Of a stretch of 32,000 nucleotides of DNA, positions 1-9,053 are shown piece by piece (within the stretch, counting starts at the first letter, position 1; every line of letters begins with the position of its first letter). The position numbers were made by a program, and so were the translations under genes. The notes under the pieces are model-generated. The model was not told the origin of the DNA, did no database searches, and saw only the letters and a program-made list of their open reading frames with translations. Source of the stretch: Candidatus Nitrosotalea bavarica (GTDB taxonomy: Archaea; Thermoproteota; Nitrososphaeria; Nitrososphaerales; Nitrosopumilaceae); the NCBI RefSeq assembly GCF_900167955.1, contig NZ_FUYK01000004.1, positions 35,975-67,974 of the forward strand. Reading direction: 5' to 3'.

Positions 1-186
1 CCAGTAATAGGCACAATTCCTTTAATAGAATTTGATATACCGGATGAGGATTCTCTACATGCAAAACCAAAACAAGTTTCATGGACAAAAAAATATCTCG
101 TAACTTTAGATAAAGAAATAGATCATCTGGCTCATGTTGTGAAAAAAAATTTAGATATGAAAAAAATAGGAAATATGTTAAATTGA
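1..186 (+). CDS. 3' end of a CDS entering from upstream (61 codons plus stop). Product unresolved; possibly a CobQ/BioD-type P-loop protein.
   Basis: Frame 1 is open from nt 1 to TGA at 184-186 (PVIGTIPLIEFDIPDEDSL...GNMLN*). The stop overlaps the TTG start of cbiB by 4 nt. The G-x-IP...P-x-EDS segment resembles CobQ/dethiobiotin-synthetase-like proteins, but the tail is too short to hold a CobQ amidotransferase domain, so the product call is weak. Confidence 0.5.
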   Translation, partial: PVIGTIPLIEFDIPDEDSLHAKPKQVSWTKKYLVTLDKEIDHLAHVVKKNLDMKKIGNMLN

Positions 187-1175
187 TTTTGATACCTATC
201 GTTGCAGTCATACTTGCTCTTGTTTTAGATTTTTCACTTGGTGATCCAAAAAATAGATATCATCCAACTGTTTGGATGGGAAAACTGATGGGAAAACTTG
301 TACCATATACAAGATCTATCAACCCATTGATTGAAAAAATTAATGGAATGGCTCTTCTTATTTTAGTAATAACAATAGTTTCTATCTTGACACTCTCATT
401 TTCTTCTACCTTGAAATATGTAGAAAATTTTGATTTAAATGGAATTTACAAAATTCTATTCCTAAGTTTAAGCATAATCTCAGTTGGAGTTCTTCTAAAG
501 ACTACTATTGCAATAAAGGGCATGGAAAATCATGCATCAAAAATTATGAATGCATTGTCAAAAAATGATCTAGATGATGCTAGGGCAAAACTTTCCATGA
601 TAGTAAAGCGAAATACAAAAAATTTAGATAAACAACATATTATTTCTGCAACTTTGGAAAGCATTAGCGAAAACATTGTTGACGGCATAACCGGTCCTCT
701 TTTTTATTACTCAATTTTTGGCCTGGTAGGTGCATTTGTTTACAGGACTGTAAATACTGCCGACTCTATGATAGGATACAAGACAGAAATATTTAGAAAT
801 GTAGGTTGGTTTGCCGCCAACTGTGACAAAATACTTAACTTTCTTCCCTCTAGACTTACAAGTCTTGTAATGGTACTTTCTTGTGTTATGTTAAAAAAAG
901 ATTGGAAGCATTCAATTCATATCATGAAAAGAGATGGTCCAAAAACTGAAAGTCCAAATGCTGGTTATCCGATGGCAACTCTAGCTGGTGCACTTGGAAT
1001 TAGATTTGAAAAAATTGAACATTATGTATTAGGAGATGGTAATTCAGAGATAAGTGAACAACATTTCAAATCTGCAATTTCTATCATGAAAATAACTACA
1101 ATACTATTTGTTTTAATTTTTACAATCCCTGTAATTTTATTATTATCTTCTCTTGGATGGCGGTTTAATGTTTAA
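183..1175 (+). CDS. cbiB: Adenosylcobinamide-phosphate synthase CbiB/CobD (membrane protein)
   Basis: 330 aa, multi-TM. The N-terminal LDxxxGDPxxxYHPxxxMGK motif is typical of CbiB, and ...SPNAGxPMAxxAGALG... is also present. The TTG start is forced because the next in-frame Met would remove the GDP...HP motif. Sits in a cluster with cobS and cobY. Confidence 0.88.
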   Translation: MILIPIVAVILALVLDFSLGDPKNRYHPTVWMGKLMGKLVPYTRSINPLIEKINGMALLILVITIVSILTLSFSSTLKYVENFDLNGIYKILFLSLSIISVGVLLKTTIAIKGMENHASKIMNALSKNDLDDARAKLSMIVKRNTKNLDKQHIISATLESISENIVDGITGPLFYYSIFGLVGAFVYRTVNTADSMIGYKTEIFRNVGWFAANCDKILNFLPSRLTSLVMVLSCVMLKKDWKHSIHIMKRDGPKTESPNAGYPMATLAGALGIRFEKIEHYVLGDGNSEISEQHFKSAISIMKITTILFVLIFTIPVILLLSSLGWRFNV

Positions 1176-1893
1176 GGGCATATCATCAGTAGTCTCATTT
1201 CTAACCATTATTCCTTCTAAGAATAGTGAGCTAGAAACTGTTGCAAAAAATATGTATCTTTTTCCAATTGCAGGAGCTGTTATTGGACTGATAATCGGTG
1301 CAGCTGGTTATGGTCTTTCTTTATTTATTCAACCTCTGGTTACTGGTTTGATCTTGACAGGATCACTTGTCATCATTACAGGAATACATCACACTGATGC
1401 ACTTTGTGATTTTGCAGATGGACTAATGGCAAAAGGAACTAAAGAAAAGAAACTCAAAGCAATGAGAGATCCAGCAGTTGGGTCTGCCGGAGTAATTACT
1501 GTAGTGTTGTATGCTGCAGGCATGATACTGGCTATTTCCATGATGAAGGGTTTTGTATTGTTTGAGGCAATCCTGTTAAGTGAACTAATGGCCAAACTCT
1601 CAATGATAATACAGGCTAACCGTGGTCTTTCAGCATGGCAAGGACTTAGTTCTCCTTTTACTCAATACATGAAAGACCCAAGAAAACTTGCTGTAGGTGT
1701 TGGACTGGCTATAATACCTACCGTGATTTTAGGGGGTATGACAGGAGTATTTGTAGTCATATCATGTGTAGGGCTTTCTTTCTTGTTACTTGCAGTTGCA
1801 AATAGAAGCTTTGGAGGAATATCAGGTGATGTATTTGGAGCAAGTAATGAGTTGGTTAGACTTGCATCACTATTGATTTTTGCATCAGCATGA
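1168..1893 (+). CDS. cobS: Adenosylcobinamide-GDP ribazoletransferase (cobalamin-5'-phosphate synthase) CobS
   Basis: Polytopic membrane protein. N-terminus MFKGISSVVSFLTIIP and the H-x-D-A-L-C-D-F-A-D-G-L motif match the CobS HxDGxxDxxDG signature. ATG at 1168 is preferred over the tracked TTG at 1153. Overlaps the cbiB stop by 8 nt. Confidence 0.88.
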   Translation: MFKGISSVVSFLTIIPSKNSELETVAKNMYLFPIAGAVIGLIIGAAGYGLSLFIQPLVTGLILTGSLVIITGIHHTDALCDFADGLMAKGTKEKKLKAMRDPAVGSAGVITVVLYAAGMILAISMMKGFVLFEAILLSELMAKLSMIIQANRGLSAWQGLSSPFTQYMKDPRKLAVGVGLAIIPTVILGGMTGVFVVISCVGLSFLLLAVANRSFGGISGDVFGASNELVRLASLLIFASA

Positions 1894-2474
1894 TAGGATT
1901 AGTTATGTGTGGAGGTAAAGGTACTAGGATGAAGTTATCTGAGGAAAAACTTCTTTTAAAATACAAAAAACCCATTATCGAACATGTTCTAAATGCTTTT
2001 GAAGACTCAAAAATTTTTTCAAAGATTGTATGTGTTACAAGTGATAATGCACCAAAGACACGTGAATTTGTTTCTAGGATGAGGATTGATATATTGGAAA
2101 CAAAGGGGAATGGATATGTCAACGATCTAGGTGAGTCTATTCCTAAGTTTGACGAATTAATTTTTGTAGCCTCTGGTGACATGCCACTTTTAGATTCTAA
2201 TATAATCCAAAAAATTACAAAATCAGTAAATAAAAAAAATGCATGGACAAGTATATTGGTTAGAAAAAATTTTCTTCAATCTCTTGGATTTGAAGCAGAA
2301 TTTTTTGTTAATTATGATAACGAAGAATGTGCTTATACTGGAATATCCATTATTGATCCTAAACAGATTAAAAATATGCAGCATGTGACAGAATCATACG
2401 TAATTCTTGATGATAGAAGAATAGCTACTAACTTGAATACGAAAAAGGATTATGATCTAATCTGCGCTACCTAA
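1890..2474 (+). CDS. cobY: Adenosylcobinamide-phosphate guanylyltransferase, archaeal CobY type (nucleotidyltransferase fold)
   Basis: 194 aa. N-terminal MxGLVMCGGKGTRM nucleotidyltransferase loop. Size and position directly after cobS (ATGA overlap) match archaeal CobY. Confidence 0.75.
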   Translation: MIGLVMCGGKGTRMKLSEEKLLLKYKKPIIEHVLNAFEDSKIFSKIVCVTSDNAPKTREFVSRMRIDILETKGNGYVNDLGESIPKFDELIFVASGDMPLLDSNIIQKITKSVNKKNAWTSILVRKNFLQSLGFEAEFFVNYDNEECAYTGISIIDPKQIKNMQHVTESYVILDDRRIATNLNTKKDYDLICAT

Positions 2475-2654
2475 AATTTTTCCATTTGTTTTTGCAATGG
2501 ATCCAGTTGGTTCAGCTAAAGTATTCCCACATGCCTTGCATGTAACTATTGAAGAAACATGTGAGTAAACAACACTTTCTTCTCCGCATTCTTTACATTG
2601 TACTCTTTGGAATTTGCTACCTGGTTTTGGTATCCAAATATGGGCTCTTTTCAT
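2457..2654 (-). CDS. rps27e: 30S ribosomal protein S27e (eS27)
   Basis: C4 zinc ribbon CKECGEESVVYSHVSSIVTCKACGNTLAEPTG, characteristic of S27e. Start set at the Met of MKRAHIWIPKPGSKF. The upstream extension in the track overlaps rpl44e and is rejected. TAATG junction with the rpl44e stop. The 3' end overlaps cobY convergently by 18 nt. Confidence 0.9.
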   Translation of the reverse strand: MKRAHIWIPKPGSKFQRVQCKECGEESVVYSHVSSIVTCKACGNTLAEPTGSIAKTNGKILGSAD

Positions 2655-2932
2655 TATGCAACTAGCTCCAATTTTCTTAATCTTATTCCGGATACATTCC
2701 ATTTCTTCTTACATTCTGGACATGTCATAATAGGAGTAATCTTCTTAGTAGTCTTTGCTGGTTTTGCTAACTTGGGAAATTTCTGACCACCATAACCTTT
2801 CTTATCTTCTGCGTGTCTTCTTTCACCTATGGCAGAACCTCTTCTTTTTCCTGCCTTGTATATGGAAACCTTCTGAACTGTGTGTTTGTTACATTTAGGA
2901 CAAAACCTATTGATCTCCTTTGGCATATTCAT
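2654..2932 (-). CDS. rpl44e: 50S ribosomal protein L44e (eL42)
   Basis: 92 aa. MNMPKEINRFCPKCNKHTVQKVSIYKAGKRR...CPECKKK zinc-ribbon pattern and basic composition typical of L44e. Forms the conserved archaeal rpl44e-rps27e pair. Confidence 0.92.
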   Translation of the reverse strand: MNMPKEINRFCPKCNKHTVQKVSIYKAGKRRGSAIGERRHAEDKKGYGGQKFPKLAKPAKTTKKITPIMTCPECKKKWNVSGIRLRKLELVA

Positions 2933-2999
2933 AAAAAATGAGCTGCGTTGACCGTAATTTAAACATCGCTTTAATAGTCTCTTGAGTTGTATCTATTCT

Positions 3000-4778
3000 A
3001 TGAAGGCCAGCTCACTTGCCTCCATGATTTTATCACTCAATGCAGTAGCAATGGGTGAAAACAAGGCAGATATTGTATTAAAAAATTGTAGACTAGTTAA
3101 CGTCTATTCTAGAGAAATTATACCTCAAATTCATGTAGCAATAAAAAAAGATAGGATTGCATACGTAGGAACAGACGCATCTCATACTGTTGGAGAGAAA
3201 ACCGGAGTCATTGATTTACAGGATAGATACATCACACCAGGATTTGTTGATCCTCATATCCACATAGATCAATATGTCCTTCCATCCGAACTTGCAAAAA
3301 AATCACTTTTGTCAGGTACTACGACTCTGTTTTCAGACCCAATTGATGTTGTAAGTGTTTGCGGTTACAAAGGGTTCAAGGAATTTGTTAAAATGACGCA
3401 GAGTCTACCAATCAGAGTTTATCATGTAATTCCGGGAGGATTGCCAGTTGATAGAAAATTTAGTCATGCAAGAACATTAACCAAGAAAGAAGAGCGAAAA
3501 GGACTAGACATAGAAAATGTAGTTGGCCTAGGCGAAGTATTCTCTTGGACCAAAGTTACAACAAGAGATCCTAAAACTATTGAAAGTATACACCATGTTT
3601 TAAAAAATAATGGCATCATAAATGGCCATACAGCTGGTGCAAGTGATAAAAAGCTAAATGCCTACATTGCCTCTGGAATTTTCTCATGTCATGAACCAAT
3701 TGACTATGATCAAGTCCTGGAACGATTGAGACTTGGAATGTGGGTTATGATGAGAGAAGGTTCTATAAGACGAGATCTTGATAAAATCTTACCTAACATA
3801 CTATCTCATAAAACCTATCTTGACAGGCTAATGTTCTGTACGGACGGAGTCACTCCAAAAGATCTTGTTGAATATGGTATGATTGATCATTGTATACGAA
3901 AAGCTATCTCTATTGGTATGGATCCAATAGATGCTATAACAATTGCATCAAAGAATTCTTTTGAATATTATGGTATGAGCAAAGACCGGGGTGCAATTGC
4001 CCCTGGTAAGCTAGCAGATATTCTTGTTTTTGATGATTTAGAAAAGATTAAGCCAAGCAAAGTCTTTGTAGGCGGAAAATTGATGGTGGCTCATAATAGT
4101 CTTGTAATAGACATACCCAAAACCCTAATTCCGGGTTGGATGCAAAAAACTGTAAAGACAGGAATAAAGTTTAGAGAAAAAGACTTTGTAATACAAAGTA
4201 AAGGAAACACTGTCAACGCATTGGTTATCAGACTTGACACCGAAATAATAACAAAAATGGATCAAGAGGAGCTTCAAGTAAGAGATGGTAATGTTATACC
4301 ATCACATGATAAAGATGTGTGGAAGGTAGCTGCTATTGATAGGATATATGGCACTGGAAAAAAAACTGTAGCATTTTTAAGAAATTTTGGTGCTGACATA
4401 GGAGCATTTGGATGTACACAGAGTTTTCATGAAAATGATATGATAGTTATAGGTTCAAATGAAAAAGACATGGCCTTTGTTGCAAATAATCTGACCAAAA
4501 TGCAAGGAGGAATGCTGGTAGCTAAAAACGGCAATATTCTAAGTAAATTTTCACTGCCACTTGCTGGTCTTATATCCACATTACCTTTTGAAAAAACATT
4601 AGATGAATATTCTAGTATAGATTCTAAACTCTTAGAAACTGGGTGTAAATTTAAAAATCCTCATCTCATACCTCTTTTCTTACCATTTCTTGCATTGCCT
4701 GAGATCAGAATCTTACACACTGGCGTTGTAGACGTAAAAAATAGAAGATATCTGAAGATCTTACACCTGAACCAATAA
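3000..4778 (+). CDS. ade: Adenine deaminase (amidohydrolase superfamily)
   Basis: About 590 aa. N-terminal ADIVLKNCRLVNV...IAIKKDRIAYVG followed by the FVDPHIHID metal-binding HxH motif. The length and extra C-terminal domain fit adenine deaminase rather than shorter amidohydrolases. First ATG (3000) is preferred to the tracked TTG at 2982. Confidence 0.75.
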   Translation: MKASSLASMILSLNAVAMGENKADIVLKNCRLVNVYSREIIPQIHVAIKKDRIAYVGTDASHTVGEKTGVIDLQDRYITPGFVDPHIHIDQYVLPSELAKKSLLSGTTTLFSDPIDVVSVCGYKGFKEFVKMTQSLPIRVYHVIPGGLPVDRKFSHARTLTKKEERKGLDIENVVGLGEVFSWTKVTTRDPKTIESIHHVLKNNGIINGHTAGASDKKLNAYIASGIFSCHEPIDYDQVLERLRLGMWVMMREGSIRRDLDKILPNILSHKTYLDRLMFCTDGVTPKDLVEYGMIDHCIRKAISIGMDPIDAITIASKNSFEYYGMSKDRGAIAPGKLADILVFDDLEKIKPSKVFVGGKLMVAHNSLVIDIPKTLIPGWMQKTVKTGIKFREKDFVIQSKGNTVNALVIRLDTEIITKMDQEELQVRDGNVIPSHDKDVWKVAAIDRIYGTGKKTVAFLRNFGADIGAFGCTQSFHENDMIVIGSNEKDMAFVANNLTKMQGGMLVAKNGNILSKFSLPLAGLISTLPFEKTLDEYSSIDSKLLETGCKFKNPHLIPLFLPFLALPEIRILHTGVVDVKNRRYLKILHLNQ

Positions 4779-4821
4779 GGTATTAAAAGGGGCAACTAAT
4801 TACATGAACTAAGGATTAATT

Positions 4822-6447
4822 TTGGCATCTATTCAACAAACACCACAAGGACCTGTTTTAGTACTAAAAGAAAGTGCATTACAACAAAAGGGTCGAGATG
4901 CGCAAAAGAATAACATTGCTGCGTCAAAGCTAGTTGCAGAGCTTGTAAGAACTAGTCTTGGCCCACGTGGAATGGATAAAATGCTTGTTGATTCTTTAGG
5001 TGACGTTACAATTACAAACGACGGTGCAACAATTCTCAAAGAAATTGATGTACAACATCCAGCTGCAAAAATGATGGTTGAAATTTCAAAAACTGTTGAT
5101 AATGAAGTAGGCGATGGAACAACATCATCTGTAGTATTTGCTGGTGCTCTTTTAGCAAAGGCTGAAGAGCTTTTAGAAAAAGATGTTCATGCTACAGTAA
5201 TTATTGAAGGCTATCAAGCAGCAGCAGAAAAAGCACTCCTACTTCTTACAGAAATGGCAAAGCAAGTAAGTCCAAATGAAAAAGAAGTTCTACTTAAAAT
5301 TGCCAAAACCAGCATGCAGTCAAAGCTCATCTCAGAAGATAGTGATATGCTATCCAAACTCGTGGTAGATTCAATTCTACAGGTTGTAGAAAAAGAAGCA
5401 GATGGACATAGAGTAGATCTAGACAATATTAAAGTGGAAAAGAAAGCAGGTGGTTCTATTAGAAATACTCAGTTTATCAAAGGCATAGTACTTGACAAAG
5501 AAGTTGTTCATAGTGGTATGCCAACTAAAATAGAAAAAGCAAAAATTGCATTACTAAATTCAGCTCTAGAAATAGAAAAAACTGAGATGAGTGCAGAAAT
5601 TAGAATTAGCGATCCTACTCAGATGCAAATGTTTCTTGAAGAGGAAAATAGAATGCTAAAATCCATGGTAGACAAGATTCACCAAATTGGTGCAAATGTT
5701 CTGATTTGTCAAAAGGGTATAGATGACATTGCACAACATTATCTAGCTAAACAAGGCATACTTTCAGTCAGAAGAGTAAAAGAAAGTGATATGACAAAGC
5801 TTGCCAAGGCAACTGGAGGTAGAATAAGTAGTAATATTGATGATATGACTACAAAGGACTTGGGTGCAGCAGAACTTGTTGAACAGAGAAAAGTTGAGAC
5901 AGACAAATGGGTCTTCATTGAAGGTTGCAAGAATCCAAAAGCTATTACATTATTGCTTAGGGGAGGATCTCAAAGAGTAGTGGATGAGGTTGATAGATCA
6001 ATGCATGATTCACTTATGGTTGTAAAAGATGTAATAGAAAAGCCAGCAGTTGTAGCTGGAGGTGGAGCCCCAGAAGAATACTTGGCTTCTCATCTAAAGG
6101 AATGGGCTGATAGATTCGAAGGAAGAGAACAACTTGCAATCAAAAAATATGCTGAAGCTCTTGAAATAATTCCACTTACAATTGCTGAAAATGCAGGAAT
6201 GGATCCAATCAATACTATGGTTACCCTTCGTGCAAAACACAGCCAAGGAAAAAAATGGACTGGTATTGATGCAAGAAATACTCGAGTTGCAGATATGTTT
6301 ACTATTGATATCATTGAGCCTGTTGCAGTAAAAGAGCAGATAATAAAATCTGCGACAGAAGCTGCATGTATGATACTTAGAATAGATGATGTTATTGCCT
6401 CATCCGGCGGCCGAGGTGGCGGCGGAAGAGGTCCTCCGATGGGCTAA
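4822..6447 (+). CDS. ths: Thermosome subunit (group II chaperonin)
   Basis: 541 aa with [27 protein letters not shown] and VAGGGAPE motifs, plus a Gly-rich C-terminal tail [13 protein letters not shown]. The TTG start is forced because the next Met lies inside GPRGMDKM. Confidence 0.96.
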   Translation: MASIQQTPQGPVLVLKESALQQKGRDAQKNNIAASKLVAELVRTSLGPRGMDKMLVDSLGDVTITNDGATILKEIDVQHPAAKMMVEISKTVDNEVGDGTTSSVVFAGALLAKAEELLEKDVHATVIIEGYQAAAEKALLLLTEMAKQVSPNEKEVLLKIAKTSMQSKLISEDSDMLSKLVVDSILQVVEKEADGHRVDLDNIKVEKKAGGSIRNTQFIKGIVLDKEVVHSGMPTKIEKAKIALLNSALEIEKTEMSAEIRISDPTQMQMFLEEENRMLKSMVDKIHQIGANVLICQKGIDDIAQHYLAKQGILSVRRVKESDMTKLAKATGGRISSNIDDMTTKDLGAAELVEQRKVETDKWVFIEGCKNPKAITLLLRGGSQRVVDEVDRSMHDSLMVVKDVIEKPAVVAGGGAPEEYLASHLKEWADRFEGREQLAIKKYAEALEIIPLTIAENAGMDPINTMVTLRAKHSQGKKWTGIDARNTRVADMFTIDIIEPVAVKEQIIKSATEAACMILRIDDVIASSGGRGGGGRGPPMG

Positions 6448-6455
6448 GCCTTTTC

Positions 6456-7469
6456 ATGTTAGAAAAGCTACAAAATCTAAAACTAACCAACTCAGTTGTT
6501 GTTCTAAATGATTTTTTTCTAGATCGTATCATCAGGATCCCAAACTTGAATGATCTTTACACTCAAATTTTAGAAAAAAGTAAATTGGGAGGAAGTATTC
6601 GTGGAATTTCACAAACAGATCTGAAGGGTGGAAACGCAACAAATGTTGCCTATGCACTTGCAAGGCTTGGCTGTCCAGTTTCATTAATTACAATCGCGGA
6701 TAAAACTTGTTCCCATATGCTTAAAGAAACTTTTTCTGAATTTAGTAATGCCTCACTTTTTATAATTGATGGAAAACCTGGAAGAACAACATCTCTTGAA
6801 TTTAACAATGCTGGAAACATTGTAAACATAATGATCTCTGATTTAGGTGATAATGAGAATTTTGGACCTGAAAAGCTTCGAATGGAAGAGAAAAATGCAA
6901 TAAAAAATGCAGATGCTGTAATTGTAACAAACTGGGCAAGTAACATAAAGGGAACTGAACTTTCACAATTTGCCTTTTCACAATCTACATCCGCATTTCA
7001 TTTCTTGGATCCTGCTGACATACAGACAAGACCCAAAGAATTCAAAGATGCATTAACAAAACTTGTAGATGATTTAGATTCTTTATGTATTAATGAAAAT
7101 GAATGTAATGTTCTTCTCAAACAGGTGGGATTAGACGTGATTTCTGGAGAGAACGAAACCAGAAAACTGGTACTTGAATTATCTAAAAGATTTTCCATAT
7201 CGATAGATCTTCATACTTCCACAGGATCCTATTGGTCAAACGGAAAAGAGGTTGAATTTGTCAAATCTTTCCAAGTACAGCCAAAGTTTGTAACTGGGGC
7301 TGGAGATGTCTGGGATGCTGCAAATCTCCTTGGCTATCTTGCTAACCTGAATCCTCTTGAAAGACTTGGACTTGCAAATGCTACTGCCTCATTATATGTC
7401 AGTAATTCTCTTGGAATTCCACCAACAATAGATGAAGTTTTATCATTTGTTGAGGATAATATCCAATGA
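6456..7469 (+). CDS. PfkB-family (ribokinase-like) carbohydrate or nucleoside kinase; substrate unknown
   Basis: 337 aa with an N-terminal GGNATNVAYALARLG motif and a C-terminal GAGD anion-hole motif (TGAGDVWDA), typical of the PfkB family. Confidence 0.75.
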   Translation: MLEKLQNLKLTNSVVVLNDFFLDRIIRIPNLNDLYTQILEKSKLGGSIRGISQTDLKGGNATNVAYALARLGCPVSLITIADKTCSHMLKETFSEFSNASLFIIDGKPGRTTSLEFNNAGNIVNIMISDLGDNENFGPEKLRMEEKNAIKNADAVIVTNWASNIKGTELSQFAFSQSTSAFHFLDPADIQTRPKEFKDALTKLVDDLDSLCINENECNVLLKQVGLDVISGENETRKLVLELSKRFSISIDLHTSTGSYWSNGKEVEFVKSFQVQPKFVTGAGDVWDAANLLGYLANLNPLERLGLANATASLYVSNSLGIPPTIDEVLSFVEDNIQ

Positions 7470-7556
7470 GTCTTCAATTATTGTATAAAATCGATGAAAT
7501 TGACATCTTCTAACAGTGTTTTTAGATCAAAAAATTGATCCACTTAATGTTCTAAA

Positions 7557-9002
7557 TTGAGAGAAAGGTTTTTTAATAATCTAAAATTTAGATTCTTCAA
7601 GTTGAATTACAAATTTTTTGCACCAATTCTAGCTGTAATGATTTTCTCTTCTGTATTACCAATGTCTGTATATGCTCAAACTAGCACAGGAAACAGTGAT
7701 GCTGCAGGACAAGCCCTTGAACAATGTATTCAACAATTCCAAGGTACTGGTAATATTTACTGTACTAATTTCTATACCGCAAATGTTGCTAAATCTGGTA
7801 CTCTAAACCAGTATTTCTTACAAGGTGCATTGGCAAATAGCATTATAGTCAATGAAAATACTAAAGTAACACTTTCAGGTCTCAAATCAACAACTCCTGA
7901 TGTGGGCAAGACATTGTCATATCAATGGGGACAAACTTCAGGTGATACAGTGACTTTTTCTCCAAGTTCTAATGTTCCAGTTATATCTTTCATAGCTCCT
8001 TCAGTACCTGCAAATCAAGTCAAGTCATTGACATTATCATTAACTGTAGATGATGGATATGGGTTAAAAGATACAACGACATTCAACATTATAGTTTTAC
8101 ATGTTAATCATCCTCCGGTAGTTAAAGTAAACCCTGATCAAGTTGTTGATGAAGGAACACAAGTCTCTCTCACAGGTACAGCAACAGATCAAGACAATGA
8201 TCCGTTGACACTTTCATGGGGTCAATATTCTGGTTCAAGTGTACAATTATCTTCAATTGATACCACCAGTACATCATTTGTTGCACCCTCAGTATCACCT
8301 GGTCAAACTGCTATTTTGTTATTCGTATTTAGTGCAGATGATGGACACGGAGGAAAGGCATCTGCTATGAGCCAAGTTACAGTCAAAAGTATTCACCAAG
8401 ATCCAACTGTCACATGTCAAGATGCTTCAGTTAATTCAAACTCTCTAGTTAGGCTACCATTATCAGTTGCAAATCCAAGTGGTGATACCATATCATATTA
8501 CTGGAGACAGGTTTCTGGACAACCGGTACAATTGTCATCTAATACTGACATGACTCCATCATTTGTAGCTCCAACACCAAATGGTCCAAGTGGTAAACTT
8601 CAATTTACACTAGATGTTACCGATAACCTTGTTGATATTCCATCATGTTCTGTCACTGTAAATATTAACAATATGCCAACACCAGGACAGCCACCAGTAG
8701 CTAATGCAGGTACAGATCAAACTGTTGATCCAAATAGCAGAGTCGTATTGGATGGAACTGCTAGCACAGGTGTTAATCTAAAATACCAGTGGGAGCAAAT
8801 TAGCGGTGCACCAGTCACTTTGATATTAAGTGGTACTGCTCAACCAGCATTCTACTCACCAATTGTTGACTATAACCAACAAAAAGTAGTAGAGTTCAAA
8901 CTCACAGTAACCAACGAATATGGTTCAGATAGTAGCACAGTAAAGGTTACAGTAGTTCGAGAGGGTAATCCACCCAGTGCTGCGATAAACGTAGTGCCTT
9001 AG
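7557..9002 (+). CDS. Secreted protein with four tandem PKD/Ig-like beta-sandwich repeats
   Basis: N-terminal signal-like segment (KFFAPILAVMIFSSVLPMSVYA|QT). The motif (Y/S)-x-W-x-Q-x-SG-x-x-V recurs at W124, W221, W316 and W412. An alternative TTG start at 7602 gives a more classical signal peptide. No C-terminal TM anchor. Confidence 0.8.
   Translation: MRERFFNNLKFRFFKLNYKFFAPILAVMIFSSVLPMSVYAQTSTGNSDAAGQALEQCIQQFQGTGNIYCTNFYTANVAKSGTLNQYFLQGALANSIIVNENTKVTLSGLKSTTPDVGKTLSYQWGQTSGDTVTFSPSSNVPVISFIAPSVPANQVKSLTLSLTVDDGYGLKDTTTFNIIVLHVNHPPVVKVNPDQVVDEGTQVSLTGTATDQDNDPLTLSWGQYSGSSVQLSSIDTTSTSFVAPSVSPGQTAILLFVFSADDGHGGKASAMSQVTVKSIHQDPTVTCQDASVNSNSLVRLPLSVANPSGDTISYYWRQVSGQPVQLSSNTDMTPSFVAPTPNGPSGKLQFTLDVTDNLVDIPSCSVTVNINNMPTPGQPPVANAGTDQTVDPNSRVVLDGTASTGVNLKYQWEQISGAPVTLILSGTAQPAFYSPIVDYNQQKVVEFKLTVTNEYGSDSSTVKVTVVREGNPPSAAINVVP
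7839..8981 (+). repeat. Four tandem protein-level domain repeats of about 96 aa (about 288 nt) inside the 7557-9002 CDS
   Basis: Trp codons of the repeat motif fall at 7926, 8217, 8502 and 8790, a spacing of 95-97 codons. Each unit ends ...(D/N)xxG...xVTV. Similarity is at the protein level and is degenerate at the DNA level. Confidence 0.75.
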
Positions 9003-9053
9003 TTCTCTTATTTTAAAATTTTCTTATAAATTTTGATGAATAGATCTCTATTT
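9003..9053. terminator. Shared T-tract/A-tract spacer between two convergent genes (probable bidirectional archaeal terminator region)
   Basis: 51-nt spacer tctcttattttaaaattttcttataaattttgatgaatagatctctattttt, with several oligo-T runs on each strand. Archaeal termination typically uses oligo-T. No experimental support. Confidence 0.35.

Noticed and set aside
1389-2182. Tracked minus-strand ORFs 1389-1595 and 1856-2182, antisense to cobS and cobY
   Set aside because: They lie wholly inside confidently assigned plus-strand genes and have low-complexity Ser/Ile/Phe-rich translations typical of antisense frames in AT-rich DNA. They have no motifs and no independent start context.
2598-2786. 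Tracked plus-strand ORF 2598-2786 across the rps27e/rpl44e junction
   Set aside because: It is antisense to two highly conserved ribosomal protein genes. The translation is hydrophobic noise.
4833-6314. Four tracked minus-strand ORFs inside the thermosome gene (4833-5039, 5214-5426, 5739-5930, 6090-6314)
   Set aside because: These are shadow ORFs of a strongly conserved gene. Their Ser-rich translations are the expected complement of the thermosome's codon composition.
6404-6445. GC-rich island (ccggcggccgaggtggcggcggaagaggtcctccgatgggc) that stands out from the AT-rich background
   Set aside because: It encodes the Gly-rich flexible C-terminal tail ([14 protein letters not shown]) normal for group II chaperonins. 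It is not an RNA gene or an inserted element.
7525-7549. Palindrome GATCAA-aaaa-TTGATC (7525-7540), followed by CACTTAAT (7542-7549), the same 8-mer as the arm of the 29468-29498 inverted repeat
   Set aside because: There is only a single half-site here, and one chance occurrence of an AT-rich 8-mer in 64 kb of two-strand sequence is expected. The 6-bp palindrome may be a small operator for the PKD-repeat gene, but the evidence is too thin to call a shared regulon.
9034-9039. C-box-like TGATGA in the 9003-9053 spacer, and another at 16186-16191, as possible C/D-box sRNA genes
   Set aside because: I found no CTGA D box within about 70 nt downstream on the same strand in either case, and the flanks run straight into coding sequence. 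TGATGA is expected by chance in AT-rich spacers.
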